IMG/VR virus record: IMGVR_UViG_3300043786_001845
Span: 290 to 64,289 of that record
Length of the DNA: 64,000 nucleotides
Source of the DNA: a virus
Taxonomy: Duplodnaviria > Caudoviricetes
Reading direction: 5' to 3' (one strand)
The stretch's first letter is position 1. Each line of letters opens with the position of its first letter. Shown here piece by piece: positions 26,830 to 36,510 of this stretch. The translations under genes were made by a program, and so were the position numbers. The notes beneath the pieces are model-generated. The model had not been told where the DNA came from and ran no database searches. It worked only from the letters and a program-made list of their open reading frames with translations.

Positions 26830-28098
26830 TTACCGCAGCTCGCGCGTGTACTTCGCAAAGTCAATTTTTGCATGCTTTAGCGAGGTGTCGTGGAATGCCT
26901 TCAAACTTGCGTTCAACAGCACAGTTCCCACTCGGCTCGCCACCAGCCCGATGTTGGTTATGCCCATGCGGTAATGGAGCGTGCCGGCGCACCTCGAGCA
27001 GATGCCCTTCTTCGACCCGCAGAACAGCGGACTGCGGAGCTGCAGGGTCTTCCCCTTGATCGTCCCCGCCGACTCCGCCGTGATCTCGACGAGCTTCCCC
27101 CCCTCCTTGTAGAATCGGTACAGGTACTCGCGCGGCTCGTCCACCTCGACCCGCAGCGTGAGCGGCGTCCTGCAGTCCGACTCCGGGTCCGGGTCGAGCT
27201 GGAGGCCCTGGAACGCGGCGTTCAGCTGCTTTGCGATGTAGCCGCCCTGGGCGGTCATCATGGAGCGGCCGTACGACGCCTGGACGATGAGGTCGGCGTA
27301 CGCCGGAATCTCCCTCTGCGGAATCCCCTCCTCCAGCGACGCCGTCGAGACCGTGATCTTCGACGGGTCGTCGGACTTGCGCATCGCGCCGCGCATCAGC
27401 GCCGTCGACTTGAAGTTGTTGCCGAGGGACCCCCTGGCCCCAGACGCGAAGATGTCGTACCCGGGGTCCTTCCCGTCGAGCTCCTTCGTCGACACCGCGA
27501 TCAGCTCCTTCTCGGCGGCCGCCAGCTCCTTCAAGTCGCCGCCGCGGATCCGGTCCCCGCGCTCTCCGGAGAGGATCTCCTTCTTGAGCCTCCGCGCGGC
27601 CGCGGGCGCCCGGATGGTGTCGATGGTCATGGACGGGGCCAGGAACGAGGTCGGGGCGTAGCCGAGCCACTGCATCCGGTCGATCGCCCACGCCATGTCC
27701 TCGTGATCGATCTTGCCGTCGAGGCGCGCGTCGACGAGCTGCTGCTCGATTTTCTTGATCGTCTTGCCGTCCCACGGCTGGTCGTGGTACGGAATCGCGG
27801 AGCGGAGAGCCCTGGACCTGGAGAAGATCAGATTGTTGGCCAGGAATCGGCCGACGGTCGTGCTCCTCACGGACTCCCATCCCGGAGACCAGCGGACGTC
27901 CCACTCCCCAGTCCCGCGGTTGCCGGGCGGGGGGCTGCGGAAGTCGGCCGGGATGTCGAGGATGGCCTGGGGGTCGTACTTGGACGAGCCCTTCCGCGTG
28001 GCGGCCAGCCACGAGCGGAGCAGCGAGAGCGTGTAGTCGCCGGGCTGGACGCGCACCAGCTCGGCGGCATCCGCGGCCTGGGTGATCTTGCGTTCCAT
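26830..28098 (-). CDS. RNA polymerase beta' C-terminal subunit, probably virion RNAP
   Basis: SGARG, bridge helix TAQGGYIAKQL, DCRT, LRSPLFC...ICSRCAG, trigger-loop-like LLNASLKAFH; lies downstream of a late motif. Confidence 0.88.
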   Translation of the reverse strand: MERKITQAADAAELVRVQPGDYTLSLLRSWLAATRKGSSKYDPQAILDIPADFRSPPPGNRGTGEWDVRWSPGWESVRSTTVGRFLANNLIFSRSRALRSAIPYHDQPWDGKTIKKIEQQLVDARLDGKIDHEDMAWAIDRMQWLGYAPTSFLAPSMTIDTIRAPAAARRLKKEILSGERGDRIRGGDLKELAAAEKELIAVSTKELDGKDPGYDIFASGARGSLGNNFKSTALMRGAMRKSDDPSKITVSTASLEEGIPQREIPAYADLIVQASYGRSMMTAQGGYIAKQLNAAFQGLQLDPDPESDCRTPLTLRVEVDEPREYLYRFYKEGGKLVEITAESAGTIKGKTLQLRSPLFCGSKKGICSRCAGTLHYRMGITNIGLVASRVGTVLLNASLKAFHDTSLKHAKIDFAKYTRELR

Positions 28099-28099
28099 C

Positions 28100-28591
28100 T
28101 CAGGCCTCCGAGGCGCGGAATCCGGCCTCGCCGAGCAGTTTCGCGAGCTCGGCGCGCCCATTGGATGCCGTTCCGCCCAGGTACCGCAGCCGCACCTTCA
28201 GGCAGCCGTCCTCGGATGCGAACGAGCACGCGCCGTCCGGTGCCTCGCCGGAGAAGGCGGCCCGCGCGGCGTCCGCGTCTGGGCTGGCAGCCGGGGCCGT
28301 TATCTCGGCGTCCGCGATTGCCCTGCGGAGCGCCCACTCCCGCCCGCCGGCGCCCTCGTCGTGGTCCGCGTCGACCAGCCTGGCCGCGCAGGCGTCCTTT
28401 CCGTCCCACCCACCTGCCCGCAGCGCCGCGGGCAGTCGCCCGAGAAGCGCCGCGAGCCTGGCTGGCCCGTCGACGCGGCCGGCCGCGGCCCGCAGGCGCT
28501 CACCGACCTCGGCGCTGGCGGTGAAGCCAGCGGTGGAGTGGGAGTGCTCCCAAAGGCCGAGCTCAAGCATCAATTCAATTTCGTCACTCAT
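28100..28591 (-). CDS. Hypothetical protein
   Basis: Starts MSDEIELM after AGGAG and a late-promoter motif. Confidence 0.55.
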   Translation of the reverse strand: MSDEIELMLELGLWEHSHSTAGFTASAEVGERLRAAAGRVDGPARLAALLGRLPAALRAGGWDGKDACAARLVDADHDEGAGGREWALRRAIADAEITAPAASPDADAARAAFSGEAPDGACSFASEDGCLKVRLRYLGGTASNGRAELAKLLGEAGFRASEA

Positions 28592-28611
28592 TCTCTGTCT
28601 CCTAGACTGTC

Positions 28612-28623
28612 CAAGGAAATGTT
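28612..28623 (-). promoter_or_regulatory. Late promoter motif AACA-TTTCCT-TG
   Basis: Motif ~20 bp upstream of ATG 28591. Confidence 0.65.
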
Positions 28624-28707
28624 CAGACGGATTGGACGGATGGGCCCGGGCCCATCCGCCTTCCAGGTATGGAAACACCGTCTCCAATGGGCGCCGTAGG
28701 ATCGCGT

Positions 28708-29496
28708 CTACGCGTACACGTTGTACGTGATCTCCAGCGCCTTGTTCGCCGACAAGAACTCGGTCGGGAACGTGATGCGGGAGAACATCTCGGGGTTGTT
28801 GAACACCGAGCCGCCGCGGGCGTCGCGGTTGCCCGGGCGGGCGAAGTACAGGCAGAGCTCGTTGATCCAGTTCGACGTTGCCGTGCGGCAGTCGTCCGGC
28901 GTCACGCTCATGATGATCTGCTTGTACACCGTGTTGGCGGCCTCGTCGAAGAACCACACCGGATCGCGGCTGTCGAAGTGCTTCAGGTAGTACTTGAAGC
29001 CGGAGCCGTCCGCCTCGGCGTTGCCGTAGTTCTCGATCTCGCCGGCCGGGACGTAGGTCAGCGGGTCGCCGTCGCTGATGGCGGCCTGGGAGTGGAAGCG
29101 GAACGGGACGCGGTCAGCCAGGCCTACACCGCTGGCGCCGATGGGCGGCGGGGCGTACGGAGAGAAGGGGTCGGAGGCGGGGGCGCCACCGCGGCCGACG
29201 CCGAAGGCGATGATGCGGCGGTCCAGGTCGCTCACGTAGGGCCGGACGCCATCATTCACGCCGTAGGAGTCGATCGTGTCGTTGAACAGCCGCTCGAGGG
29301 CGAACGTCCGGCCGCGGAGGACGATGAGGTTGTGCCGCCGCGTGAAGCAGACGCGCCCGGTCTCGTCCCTCATCGTGACGATGCCGGTCATTCCACCGAG
29401 GGCGTCGCCCTGCTCGCGGACCTCCCGATTGACGTGCTCATCGCGGGCGATGTCCATCGCGTCCTCGAAGGTGATGCGCTTTGGTGTGATTTCCAT
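28708..29496 (-). CDS. Baseplate/tail structural protein
   Basis: From MEITPKR: HNLIVLRGR, FGVGRGG, INELCLY, MFSRITFP, a pattern typical of myovirus fibre-attachment domains. Confidence 0.65.
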   Translation of the reverse strand: MEITPKRITFEDAMDIARDEHVNREVREQGDALGGMTGIVTMRDETGRVCFTRRHNLIVLRGRTFALERLFNDTIDSYGVNDGVRPYVSDLDRRIIAFGVGRGGAPASDPFSPYAPPPIGASGVGLADRVPFRFHSQAAISDGDPLTYVPAGEIENYGNAEADGSGFKYYLKHFDSRDPVWFFDEAANTVYKQIIMSVTPDDCRTATSNWINELCLYFARPGNRDARGGSVFNNPEMFSRITFPTEFLSANKALEITYNVYA

Positions 29497-29504
29497 TTCG
29501 GTTC

Positions 29505-32504
29505 CTAGTGTTCTGTGATCTTCACGAGGTGGTCGTCCAGACCGTGGCCTCCTCGGCCAGGCCGGCCGAGGCCGCGGGTGCGAATGCAGAGCGAGTCCCG
29601 GCGCGGCACCCCGGCGCGGATGGCGATCGTGTCCCGCCAGCCCGCGGCCGGCGACACGCGCAGCCACGCCGTCCGGACGCGGCCGACGCGCTCCAGTATC
29701 TCGACAATTTCCTGTTTCCCGAGCTTGCCGAGGATGCCGCGGGCCTCCTCCAGCCAGACGCCCTCTTCCGACCTTGACCATTCGATCAGCCAGTCGTGGA
29801 CCTCGAGGAGGCCCAGCGGGAGGTCGTCGCGGGTCCAAGACGCCTCGACGCCGGAGAGGAGGTTCATGAGCCGGAGAGACTCCACGGCCGGGCGGTCCAC
29901 GAGGAAGAACGTGCTGAAGTCGTGCAGGTCGGTCGTGTAGGCCTTGAAGAATCGGACCATCCGCTCGACGTACACCTTCATGATGTCGAACGACCCCAGG
30001 ACGGTGGAGAGGTCCACGAGGTCGGTGCCCTCGAGAGCGTCCTCGAGCAACACAACGATGTCGATCAGCCCGCGCTCGTGACCCCCGGTCGCGTCGACGG
30101 AGCGCACCCAGGCACCGAGCTCCGGGTTGGATCGGTCCAGCCACTCCGAGTACCGCTCGGCGCCGGCGAACGCCTCGGTCTGGTAGCGCGCGACGAACTT
30201 GTGATCCCACAGGCGGCGGACCTCGCCGTGCCACGCCTCGGCGGTCGACTCCTCGCCGCCGCGCAGCGGGTCGGCAGGACCAGCCACGCGTCCTATCACG
30301 GAATCTGCTCCGTCGATCTTCGTCGCAACATCGATATTGCGCTTGAGCACCTCGACGATGTTGCGCGGGACGAGCGGGTCCGGCTGCTCCGCGACGCGGG
30401 CGAGAGTGGTCGAGAACGGGAGGAGCGAGACCTCGCCCGGGAACGCGACGCCGTCGGTCCTGGCGGCAAGGACGGTGGCGACGCCACTCTCGCCGTGAGG
30501 GATGATGTCGTCGACGCCGAATCTCCAGAGGAGGACCGTCAGGGCGGCCACAAGCGCCTCCAGTAGATTCATCGAAGAGACACCGATGCCCACGGATCCG
30601 GACACGGCGAGCGCCCCGTCGCGACCGCGCACGGTCGCGTCCTTCAACGTCGACCACAGGATCGCCATCGCCATCCCATTTCCGACCGCGTCGAGCGCCG
30701 CGCTCAGCGAGAAGTACTTCGTCTGCAGGATGGAGAATGCTGTGTCCCTCGCCTCCTGTCGCGTTGTCTCCCACGTGGCGTCCGCCGACACGAACTCGTC
30801 GTAGTCGCGGATGTAGGAGATGTCGACGTTGGCGATGGTGCTCTCGGCCAGCTGGTCGTCAATGTCCGCCTTCTGGAAGCCCACCTCCGGGCTGCCGAAG
30901 TCCACGGCGCCCGGAGTCACGGCGCCGAGCTCATTGGTGAGCAGGCTGTCAGCGTCGAGGAACGCCAGCCACGAGATGGCGATCTTCGTCTCCTGCTCCT
31001 TCAGAAGCGCAATCAGTCCGCGACCGTCTCCGGTCGGACCGATTCGCGTCACGGCGGCGCTTTGTGAGAGGGCTACCGCTGCTTCTGTCGCCCACCCGGT
31101 ATTTCCTCTGGTGCTCCTGAAGACCGTACCGTCCGTGAGCGCGAGCTCGACGACCTCGTCGGGGGTGGGGTCGCGGGGAAGGGACGCGACGACGGTCCGG
31201 TTCGGGAAGTACTTTACGAGGTAGTGCGTCCAGATGCGAACGTCCCTGTTCAGGCCGAATAAGCTCAGGATGTCCAGGAAGACCTGCGGGGTCCCCTTGT
31301 TCCCGATCAGGCCCTCCAGGTTCTTCGCGAGCCGGCGGCGGTAGGCCAGTGGGATGTCGTCGAACTGGTAGATCCCGAAACTGTAGAGGAGGTTCGTGAT
31401 CTCGTAGTCCGTCATGCGGTCGACGTTCCCGACGCCGGAAATGCGGTCATCCACAGTCCGCAGGACTGCCATCCAGGCGATGAACAGGCGGCAGTAGTTG
31501 TAGTACAGCGGGTCGCCCTCGAGCGCCTCGTTGTAGAACGCGCTCTTGAATACCTTCGCCGAGACGGAGTGGAGGCCGACGTATCGCTGGTAAGTCTCGC
31601 GCGGCAGTGCGGGGGACATCTGCCCCCACTCGAGGATCTCAAACTGCTCCGCGGTCCTGGCGACGAACGGGTCGATGTTGCCGTCCCGGACGAGGCGACG
31701 GTAGTAGCCGTTGAGCTCCCCGCGGTAAGCCACATCCACCACGCGGAGCGGGTTCACCATCGGCCGACCATCGTCGCCGAAGACGATGTTTCCGGACGGA
31801 TCCCGGAGGAATAGTGGCTGCCGTACGTCCTCCCACGGACCGACGGCCTCGAAGCTCGAAATGGCGGCGCGGAGCGCCACCTCCTCCGACGTGCCGAGAC
31901 CACCGGCTGCGATGGTCAGGCGGGCCGACACGTACTCCTGGGGGGTCGAGATTAGGCTGCTCAGCCCATCTGGGTAGACGATCGAGCCGTCAGCCCCGCC
32001 GACGAATTGGGACCCACTAGCCGGGCCGAGAGTCGAGAACTCCCCGGTGACTGAGTCGTACCACACCAGGGTCGGGACAAGGACCCTCGCCTTGACGGCG
32101 TCCACGTAGCACTCGCCCGCGGGGACCCGGAGATGGATCCACCCGTCAGGAACCGCGCTGCGGATCGACCCGGACGGGATGCACACCCACGAGTTCGTCC
32201 CAGTCTGCTCCCACAGCAGGCCGTCGACGTCCACCGCGAGCTCGGAAGCGGAGCTCGCCCCGCCTCGCCTGTACCAGCTCGGGTCCCTCTTCGTTTCGGT
32301 CGAGCCGTCGCTTCCGAAGTAGGCCACGATTTGCTGCCAGTTTCGAGGCTGGGCGTCGCCAGGGGCGTAGCCGGCCCCGGCTCGGACGAGCGCGTCCAAC
32401 TCGTACGCGTCGGCCTCCTCCTGTTCCTTGACCACCATAGTCCTCGAGAAATCCACCAGAGCCCGGAGCTCGGCCGTAGTATTCAGTTCGAGCGCGCTCG
32501 CCAT
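29505..32504 (-). CDS. Large baseplate wedge-like protein
   Basis: ~1000 aa; LYSFGI...NKGTPQVF..I..LFG (gpI-like KGT motif) and FFKAYT. Confidence 0.65.
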   Translation of the reverse strand: MASALELNTTAELRALVDFSRTMVVKEQEEADAYELDALVRAGAGYAPGDAQPRNWQQIVAYFGSDGSTETKRDPSWYRRGGASSASELAVDVDGLLWEQTGTNSWVCIPSGSIRSAVPDGWIHLRVPAGECYVDAVKARVLVPTLVWYDSVTGEFSTLGPASGSQFVGGADGSIVYPDGLSSLISTPQEYVSARLTIAAGGLGTSEEVALRAAISSFEAVGPWEDVRQPLFLRDPSGNIVFGDDGRPMVNPLRVVDVAYRGELNGYYRRLVRDGNIDPFVARTAEQFEILEWGQMSPALPRETYQRYVGLHSVSAKVFKSAFYNEALEGDPLYYNYCRLFIAWMAVLRTVDDRISGVGNVDRMTDYEITNLLYSFGIYQFDDIPLAYRRRLAKNLEGLIGNKGTPQVFLDILSLFGLNRDVRIWTHYLVKYFPNRTVVASLPRDPTPDEVVELALTDGTVFRSTRGNTGWATEAAVALSQSAAVTRIGPTGDGRGLIALLKEQETKIAISWLAFLDADSLLTNELGAVTPGAVDFGSPEVGFQKADIDDQLAESTIANVDISYIRDYDEFVSADATWETTRQEARDTAFSILQTKYFSLSAALDAVGNGMAMAILWSTLKDATVRGRDGALAVSGSVGIGVSSMNLLEALVAALTVLLWRFGVDDIIPHGESGVATVLAARTDGVAFPGEVSLLPFSTTLARVAEQPDPLVPRNIVEVLKRNIDVATKIDGADSVIGRVAGPADPLRGGEESTAEAWHGEVRRLWDHKFVARYQTEAFAGAERYSEWLDRSNPELGAWVRSVDATGGHERGLIDIVVLLEDALEGTDLVDLSTVLGSFDIMKVYVERMVRFFKAYTTDLHDFSTFFLVDRPAVESLRLMNLLSGVEASWTRDDLPLGLLEVHDWLIEWSRSEEGVWLEEARGILGKLGKQEIVEILERVGRVRTAWLRVSPAAGWRDTIAIRAGVPRRDSLCIRTRGLGRPGRGGHGLDDHLVKITEH

Positions 32505-32529
32505 TGTCGGTCCCAACCCAGTATGTGTC

Positions 32530-32578
32530 TAAGCATCTGTTCGATTTTCACGCCATTGACGAAATGAACAGATGCTTA
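32530..32578. promoter_or_regulatory. Back-to-back identical late promoters (AACA-GATGCT-TA on both strands)
   Basis: 13-bp inverted repeat TAAGCATCTGTTC...GAACAGATGCTTA between divergent genes. Confidence 0.75.
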
Positions 32579-32605
32579 AATTTCGGAAAGGCTTTCGAGG
32601 GACAA

Positions 32606-33346
32606 ATGATGACGACCAGACAACCAACGCCAACTGCGGGGCTGCCGGTGCCGGCGGCGGTCTCTACCGGCCTAGAGGCGATACGGTCATTCGAGGGCCG
32701 CGACGAGGAGCTGTGCATCACCGCCGGCGGGTTCTTCGAGGAGCCGTTCATGACGGGCCAGATGGTGACCGCGGAGGAGGTGACCCGGTTCATCAAGAAG
32801 ACGGAAGCGCTAGTGCGCGGATGCCGGGAGTACAAGGCTTTCATCGCGCACCTGCGGATCGACCTCGGGATGGACCGTTGCTCGTTCCTCGCGAACGCGG
32901 ACGTGAGCGACGGCGTCGCGCTCGAGTTCCACCACTGCCCGCTGAACCTGTACGAGATCATCGACCTCATCCTGACTCACCGGCTCGCCCGCGGTCAGGC
33001 GGTGACGAGCATGACCGTCGCGGACGAGGTCCTGCAGGCCCACTTCGCCGGAATGGTCGGCGTGGTCCCGCTGCTGCGCAGCATCCACAAGCTGGTGCAC
33101 GGCGGGACGCTGAAGATCCACCCCGCGATGGTGCACGGGAACTGGCTGGAGCTTCTGCGGTCGTACCCGGACGGCGCCAGCGAGGAGATCGTCGCCAAGC
33201 TCATCGCGTTCTGCGAGACTTCCGAGGAGGAGGTAGCGGCGGCGGCCGCCCGCGTCGACGGGGCCACCGCCAGCCCGCGGCTGCGCGGTGACTCCGTCCC
33301 GACTCCGGGGCAGATCGGCCTGCTCCTGACGCTTCCCGCCGCCTAA
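32606..33346 (+). CDS. His-Me/HNH-like fold protein, paralog 1
   Basis: C...LEFHHCPLNLY...VGVVPL..SIHKLVH. Confidence 0.6.
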   Translation: MMTTRQPTPTAGLPVPAAVSTGLEAIRSFEGRDEELCITAGGFFEEPFMTGQMVTAEEVTRFIKKTEALVRGCREYKAFIAHLRIDLGMDRCSFLANADVSDGVALEFHHCPLNLYEIIDLILTHRLARGQAVTSMTVADEVLQAHFAGMVGVVPLLRSIHKLVHGGTLKIHPAMVHGNWLELLRSYPDGASEEIVAKLIAFCETSEEEVAAAAARVDGATASPRLRGDSVPTPGQIGLLLTLPAA

Positions 33347-33387
33347 TGAGTACCGTTTCCCAACCACTGATGTAAAAAGGAGCACAC

Positions 33388-33693
33388 ATGAGCGTCGAAG
33401 AGCAGAAATTCACCCCGCCGCCCATCAAGGGCTACCGGTCTCTCACCCAGACCGAGGTCGACCTGATGAACGAGATCAAGCAGAAGGGCATCGAACTCCA
33501 GGAATTGATCCTTCTGGTACAGAATCACATCATTGCCCAGCAGAATAAGGCGGACGCCTCACCGTATGGGGCAGAGGAGTGGGAACGTCTCGACGCTGCG
33601 CAGCCGGAGCGCTGGATGGCCATCGGTCGCACCCACTTCCAGGAGGGCCTCATGGCACTGACTCGCTCGGTGGCGCAGCCGGGCTTCTTCTAA
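33388..33693 (+). CDS. acb2: Anti-CBASS protein Acb2 (cyclic-oligonucleotide sponge)
   Basis: IKGYRSLTQTEVDLMNEIK...PERWMAIGRTHFQEGLMALTRSVAQP closely follows the recalled Acb2 pattern IKGYRDLS.EEID.MN..K...RWLAI.KT..Q.G.MA..RA.AQP; AAGGAG RBS. Confidence 0.9.
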   Translation: MSVEEQKFTPPPIKGYRSLTQTEVDLMNEIKQKGIELQELILLVQNHIIAQQNKADASPYGAEEWERLDAAQPERWMAIGRTHFQEGLMALTRSVAQPGFF

Positions 33694-33710
33694 AATAAAA
33701 TTGAGAGATG

Positions 33711-33736
33711 CAGGTGGAGCCGCGAGGCTCCACCTG
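33711..33736 (+). terminator. Hairpin/terminator after acb2
   Basis: CAGGTGGAGCC-GCGA-GGCTCCACCTG with a GNRA loop; weak U tract. Confidence 0.6.
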
Positions 33737-33786
33737 GAATTCCATCACTCACACAAGAGTAAGACCTTAGAGGACTCTCACGCCTC

Positions 33787-34482
33787 ATGAATAATGCCGA
33801 CACCCAAACCCGGACACCGCCCCAGGAAAACGACGCCGTCGTGACGCTCCCGACGTACGGCACTCCGTCCTTCTACGGCGGCGCCCTCCTCGACGAGGCC
33901 GAGCGGACGAAGTTCCTGAAGGAGATCGTGTCGACGGCTCGCAAGAGTCCGGAGTATGCCAGGTACCGCCAGTTTCTCATCGAGAATCTCGACATGGGCA
34001 ACTGCTCCATCCTCTCCGGGCTCTCGGACGAGGAGTCGCGGACAGCCGGGCTCGAGCTCCACCACGCCCCCCTCGACCTCTACTCCATCGCCGAGCTCGT
34101 CCTCGGCCAGATGGAGTACGACGGCGACAGAATCACCACCATGGCAGCGGCGAACCGCGTCATGGCGTACCACTGGCGGGGAATGGTCGGGCTCGTCCCG
34201 GTCGTAGAGTCCGTCCACGAGATGCTCCACACCGGACAGCTCCGGCTCGACCCGCGCATGATCCACGGAAACTGGCAGGGCCTGCTCAGCGAGTGCGCAC
34301 ACGGCATCACCGAGCACCTGGCGGAGAAGCTGCGGACCATGGCCGAGACGTGGAGCGAGGGAGTGGCGGAGTACAATGCCCAGGCGCTGTCTGTGAACCT
34401 GCAGCGCTGGGTTGCCCTGCCGGTGACTACGGAGATGCTACTAGAGGGGCCGCCAGATGGTGCCGACGAAGAAGCCGGCTAG
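33787..34482 (+). CDS. His-Me/HNH-like fold protein, paralog 2
   Basis: EY..Y...L...C...LELHHAPLDLY...VGLVPV..SVHEMLH...MIHGNW; clearly paralogous to 32606..33346. Confidence 0.6.
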   Translation: MNNADTQTRTPPQENDAVVTLPTYGTPSFYGGALLDEAERTKFLKEIVSTARKSPEYARYRQFLIENLDMGNCSILSGLSDEESRTAGLELHHAPLDLYSIAELVLGQMEYDGDRITTMAAANRVMAYHWRGMVGLVPVVESVHEMLHTGQLRLDPRMIHGNWQGLLSECAHGITEHLAEKLRTMAETWSEGVAEYNAQALSVNLQRWVALPVTTEMLLEGPPDGADEEAG

Positions 34483-34957
34483 CCCGGCAAGGGCGGTTGT
34501 CGAGGCCCTCGTGGCGGGGGGACTGATCCCCCAAGAGCGAGTCGAGGACGCGGTCCGAATCGCGGAGGCGAAGCTCCCCCGCCAGTCGGCCCCCCAGTCG
34601 TTCACTGCGGATACCGAGTTCCTCCACGCCTCGCTGGGGCACCACGTCACGTCGTACTTCAAGCAGGTCATGGCACCGCTGGCCCGCACCCACCACGCGA
34701 AGGACCGCACCGGGCGCCTGCTGAAAGACGCCGAGGTCGAGGAGGCGGCCGTGACCATCGCGTCCCTCGTGGTGGGAGAGCTCGGCGAGAGCTACCTGGA
34801 GCATCTCTTCCGCTACTTCGGCGACGGGGAGGGCCTGGCGGCCTACGTCTTCACGCGCGTCCGCGACCGCCTGCTGGATGAGGCGACGAAGCACAACGAG
34901 GAGTATCTGAATTCGATCGCCCGAAACACCGGGTTCAGGAAGATAGCCGAGGCGTGA
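34457..34957 (+). CDS. Hypothetical protein
   Basis: 166-aa ORF overlapping the upstream gene and followed by a terminator. Confidence 0.65.
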   Translation: MVPTKKPASPARAVVEALVAGGLIPQERVEDAVRIAEAKLPRQSAPQSFTADTEFLHASLGHHVTSYFKQVMAPLARTHHAKDRTGRLLKDAEVEEAAVTIASLVVGELGESYLEHLFRYFGDGEGLAAYVFTRVRDRLLDEATKHNEEYLNSIARNTGFRKIAEA

Positions 34958-34997
34958 AAAAAGAAACCCCGATCAGACATCCTGATCGGGGTTTCTA
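34958..34997. terminator. Bidirectional intrinsic terminator
   Basis: AGAAACCCCGATCAG-loop-CTGATCGGGGTTTCT between convergent genes. Confidence 0.8.
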
Positions 34998-35009
34998 CAT
35001 TCACCGAGC

Positions 35010-35351
35010 TCAATCGAGAACCGGCCGGCCGATCATGCGACAGACCCCCAGGATCTCCCCAGGGGACGCCATCCGAAATTTCTCAGATCGGCCGTGCGCG
35101 CAGTATTCGTCAACTGGCATCGTTTTCCAGTCGGGGTTCGGTCGATCGTCGCACATGATCCACACACACTGCTCGGACGCGCGGTGATACACATCGACGC
35201 TTATCGATTGGTGAATGGCAGACTGGTACTGGGCCACTATCTTCACCTGGGATCCGTCGGGCCGCGTGATGACCCTCGTGACTTTTGACACCGTGGAATG
35301 CCCCAATGAATTCTCCGTTTCGTTTCGGATGATGCGCCAGTGGCGCATCAT
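35010..35351 (-). CDS. Hypothetical protein (start uncertain)
   Basis: 113-aa ORF in a run of co-oriented genes. Confidence 0.5.
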   Translation of the reverse strand: MMRHWRIIRNETENSLGHSTVSKVTRVITRPDGSQVKIVAQYQSAIHQSISVDVYHRASEQCVWIMCDDRPNPDWKTMPVDEYCAHGRSEKFRMASPGEILGVCRMIGRPVLD

Positions 35352-35363
35352 CCGCTTTCATCG

Positions 35364-35642
35364 TCAGGCCTGCACCCACACCCAGGCGGAGATCCACACT
35401 CCGTCTCCGGCGTCGCTCGTAACTGGCTTGTCGTCGATTGCGAGGTCGTCGTCGACGTATTCCTCCCGAGCCCTGGCGATCTCGCTCTTGTGGAAGGCGC
35501 GGTAGGCGGCGGCCTTTTCGCACTCACCCAGGGCCTCGGAGAGCTCCTGACATTCGATGCCGTTCGCGCCCAGCGCCGCGGCGGCCGCCTTCGCCGCCTG
35601 GTAGAGACGCTCAGCCGGCTCGTACGTCATGAAGTCGCTCAT
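35364..35642 (-). CDS. Hypothetical protein
   Basis: MSDFMTY...DDLAIDD...GVWISAWVWV; ATGA-coupled to RNase H. Confidence 0.6.
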   Translation of the reverse strand: MSDFMTYEPAERLYQAAKAAAAALGANGIECQELSEALGECEKAAAYRAFHKSEIARAREEYVDDDLAIDDKPVTSDAGDGVWISAWVWVQA

Positions 35643-36238
35643 GCCGCACCCCCGTTCTTTCCGATCGTCGCCAGCTCGTCGGCCCGCTCGTTCATGACAT
35701 CCCCGGAGTGGCCCTTCACTTTGCAGAAGACGACGTTGAGACCGCCCAGCGACTGGGCTAGGACGATGGCGTCCTCGGCCCGCAGCCGCGCCAGCGTCCT
35801 CGGCCCGATCGGTCCGAGCTTGGATGCGTAGTGGTCGGCAGCGTGGTTCGTCATGGAGATGAGCGCTCTCCAGAGGCCGATGTTCTCGACGTCCTTCCCG
35901 GACGAGTTCTTCCATCCAGTTTTCGTCATCCAGTTGAACCACCAGTTCTTGCCGAAGCAGTTCACCAGGTACGCACTGTCGGAGAACAGGATCACCGAGC
36001 GGACTCGGTAGTGGTCTCGCACGACGCTGAGCCCGTCGATCGCCGCCTGGAGTTCCATTCGCTGATTGGTCGTCTGCTGCGGGTAGAACACGGAATTCTC
36101 GAACAGCGTGTCGCCGGTGTCGTCGCATACCGCGACGAAGCCGGTGCCGCCGTAGCCGGTGCCCAGGGGCATGGACGGATCCGGGCGGATGCCGCCGTCG
36201 GTGTAGAGATGAATCGTGCTGAACTTGGCGGCTGTCAT
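35639..36238 (-). CDS. rnhA: Ribonuclease HI
   Basis: YTDGG, TTNQRMEL.A, SDSAYL, GWK...V.N..LW, VKGHSG..MNERADELA. Confidence 0.92.
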   Translation of the reverse strand: MTAAKFSTIHLYTDGGIRPDPSMPLGTGYGGTGFVAVCDDTGDTLFENSVFYPQQTTNQRMELQAAIDGLSVVRDHYRVRSVILFSDSAYLVNCFGKNWWFNWMTKTGWKNSSGKDVENIGLWRALISMTNHAADHYASKLGPIGPRTLARLRAEDAIVLAQSLGGLNVVFCKVKGHSGDVMNERADELATIGKNGGAA

Positions 36239-36510
36239 GCTGCGACCCACCGCTGTCTGGCAAAATTCCCCATCCACCCCTCGACGGACGCGCGCATCTC
36301 CGCCGACGGACCCTGGGGCATCTGCGCGATCGCGTCGTCGGACAACCAGCTGTGCATGAGAGGCGTGGCGTCGAGCGCGTCGACCGGGCGGTAGGTGAAG
36401 CTCCAACGCTGGCCACCCGGAACGGGAGTGGGCGAGAAGGTGACCGTGGCAAATGGGAATCGCGCTTCAAGCTCGGCGGCGTACCGCTCGAACGCTCCGA
36501 TGTCGATCAT
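36235..36510 (-). CDS. Hypothetical protein
   Basis: 91 aa, ATGA-coupled on both sides. Confidence 0.6.
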   Translation of the reverse strand: MIDIGAFERYAAELEARFPFATVTFSPTPVPGGQRWSFTYRPVDALDATPLMHSWLSDDAIAQMPQGPSAEMRASVEGWMGNFARQRWVAA

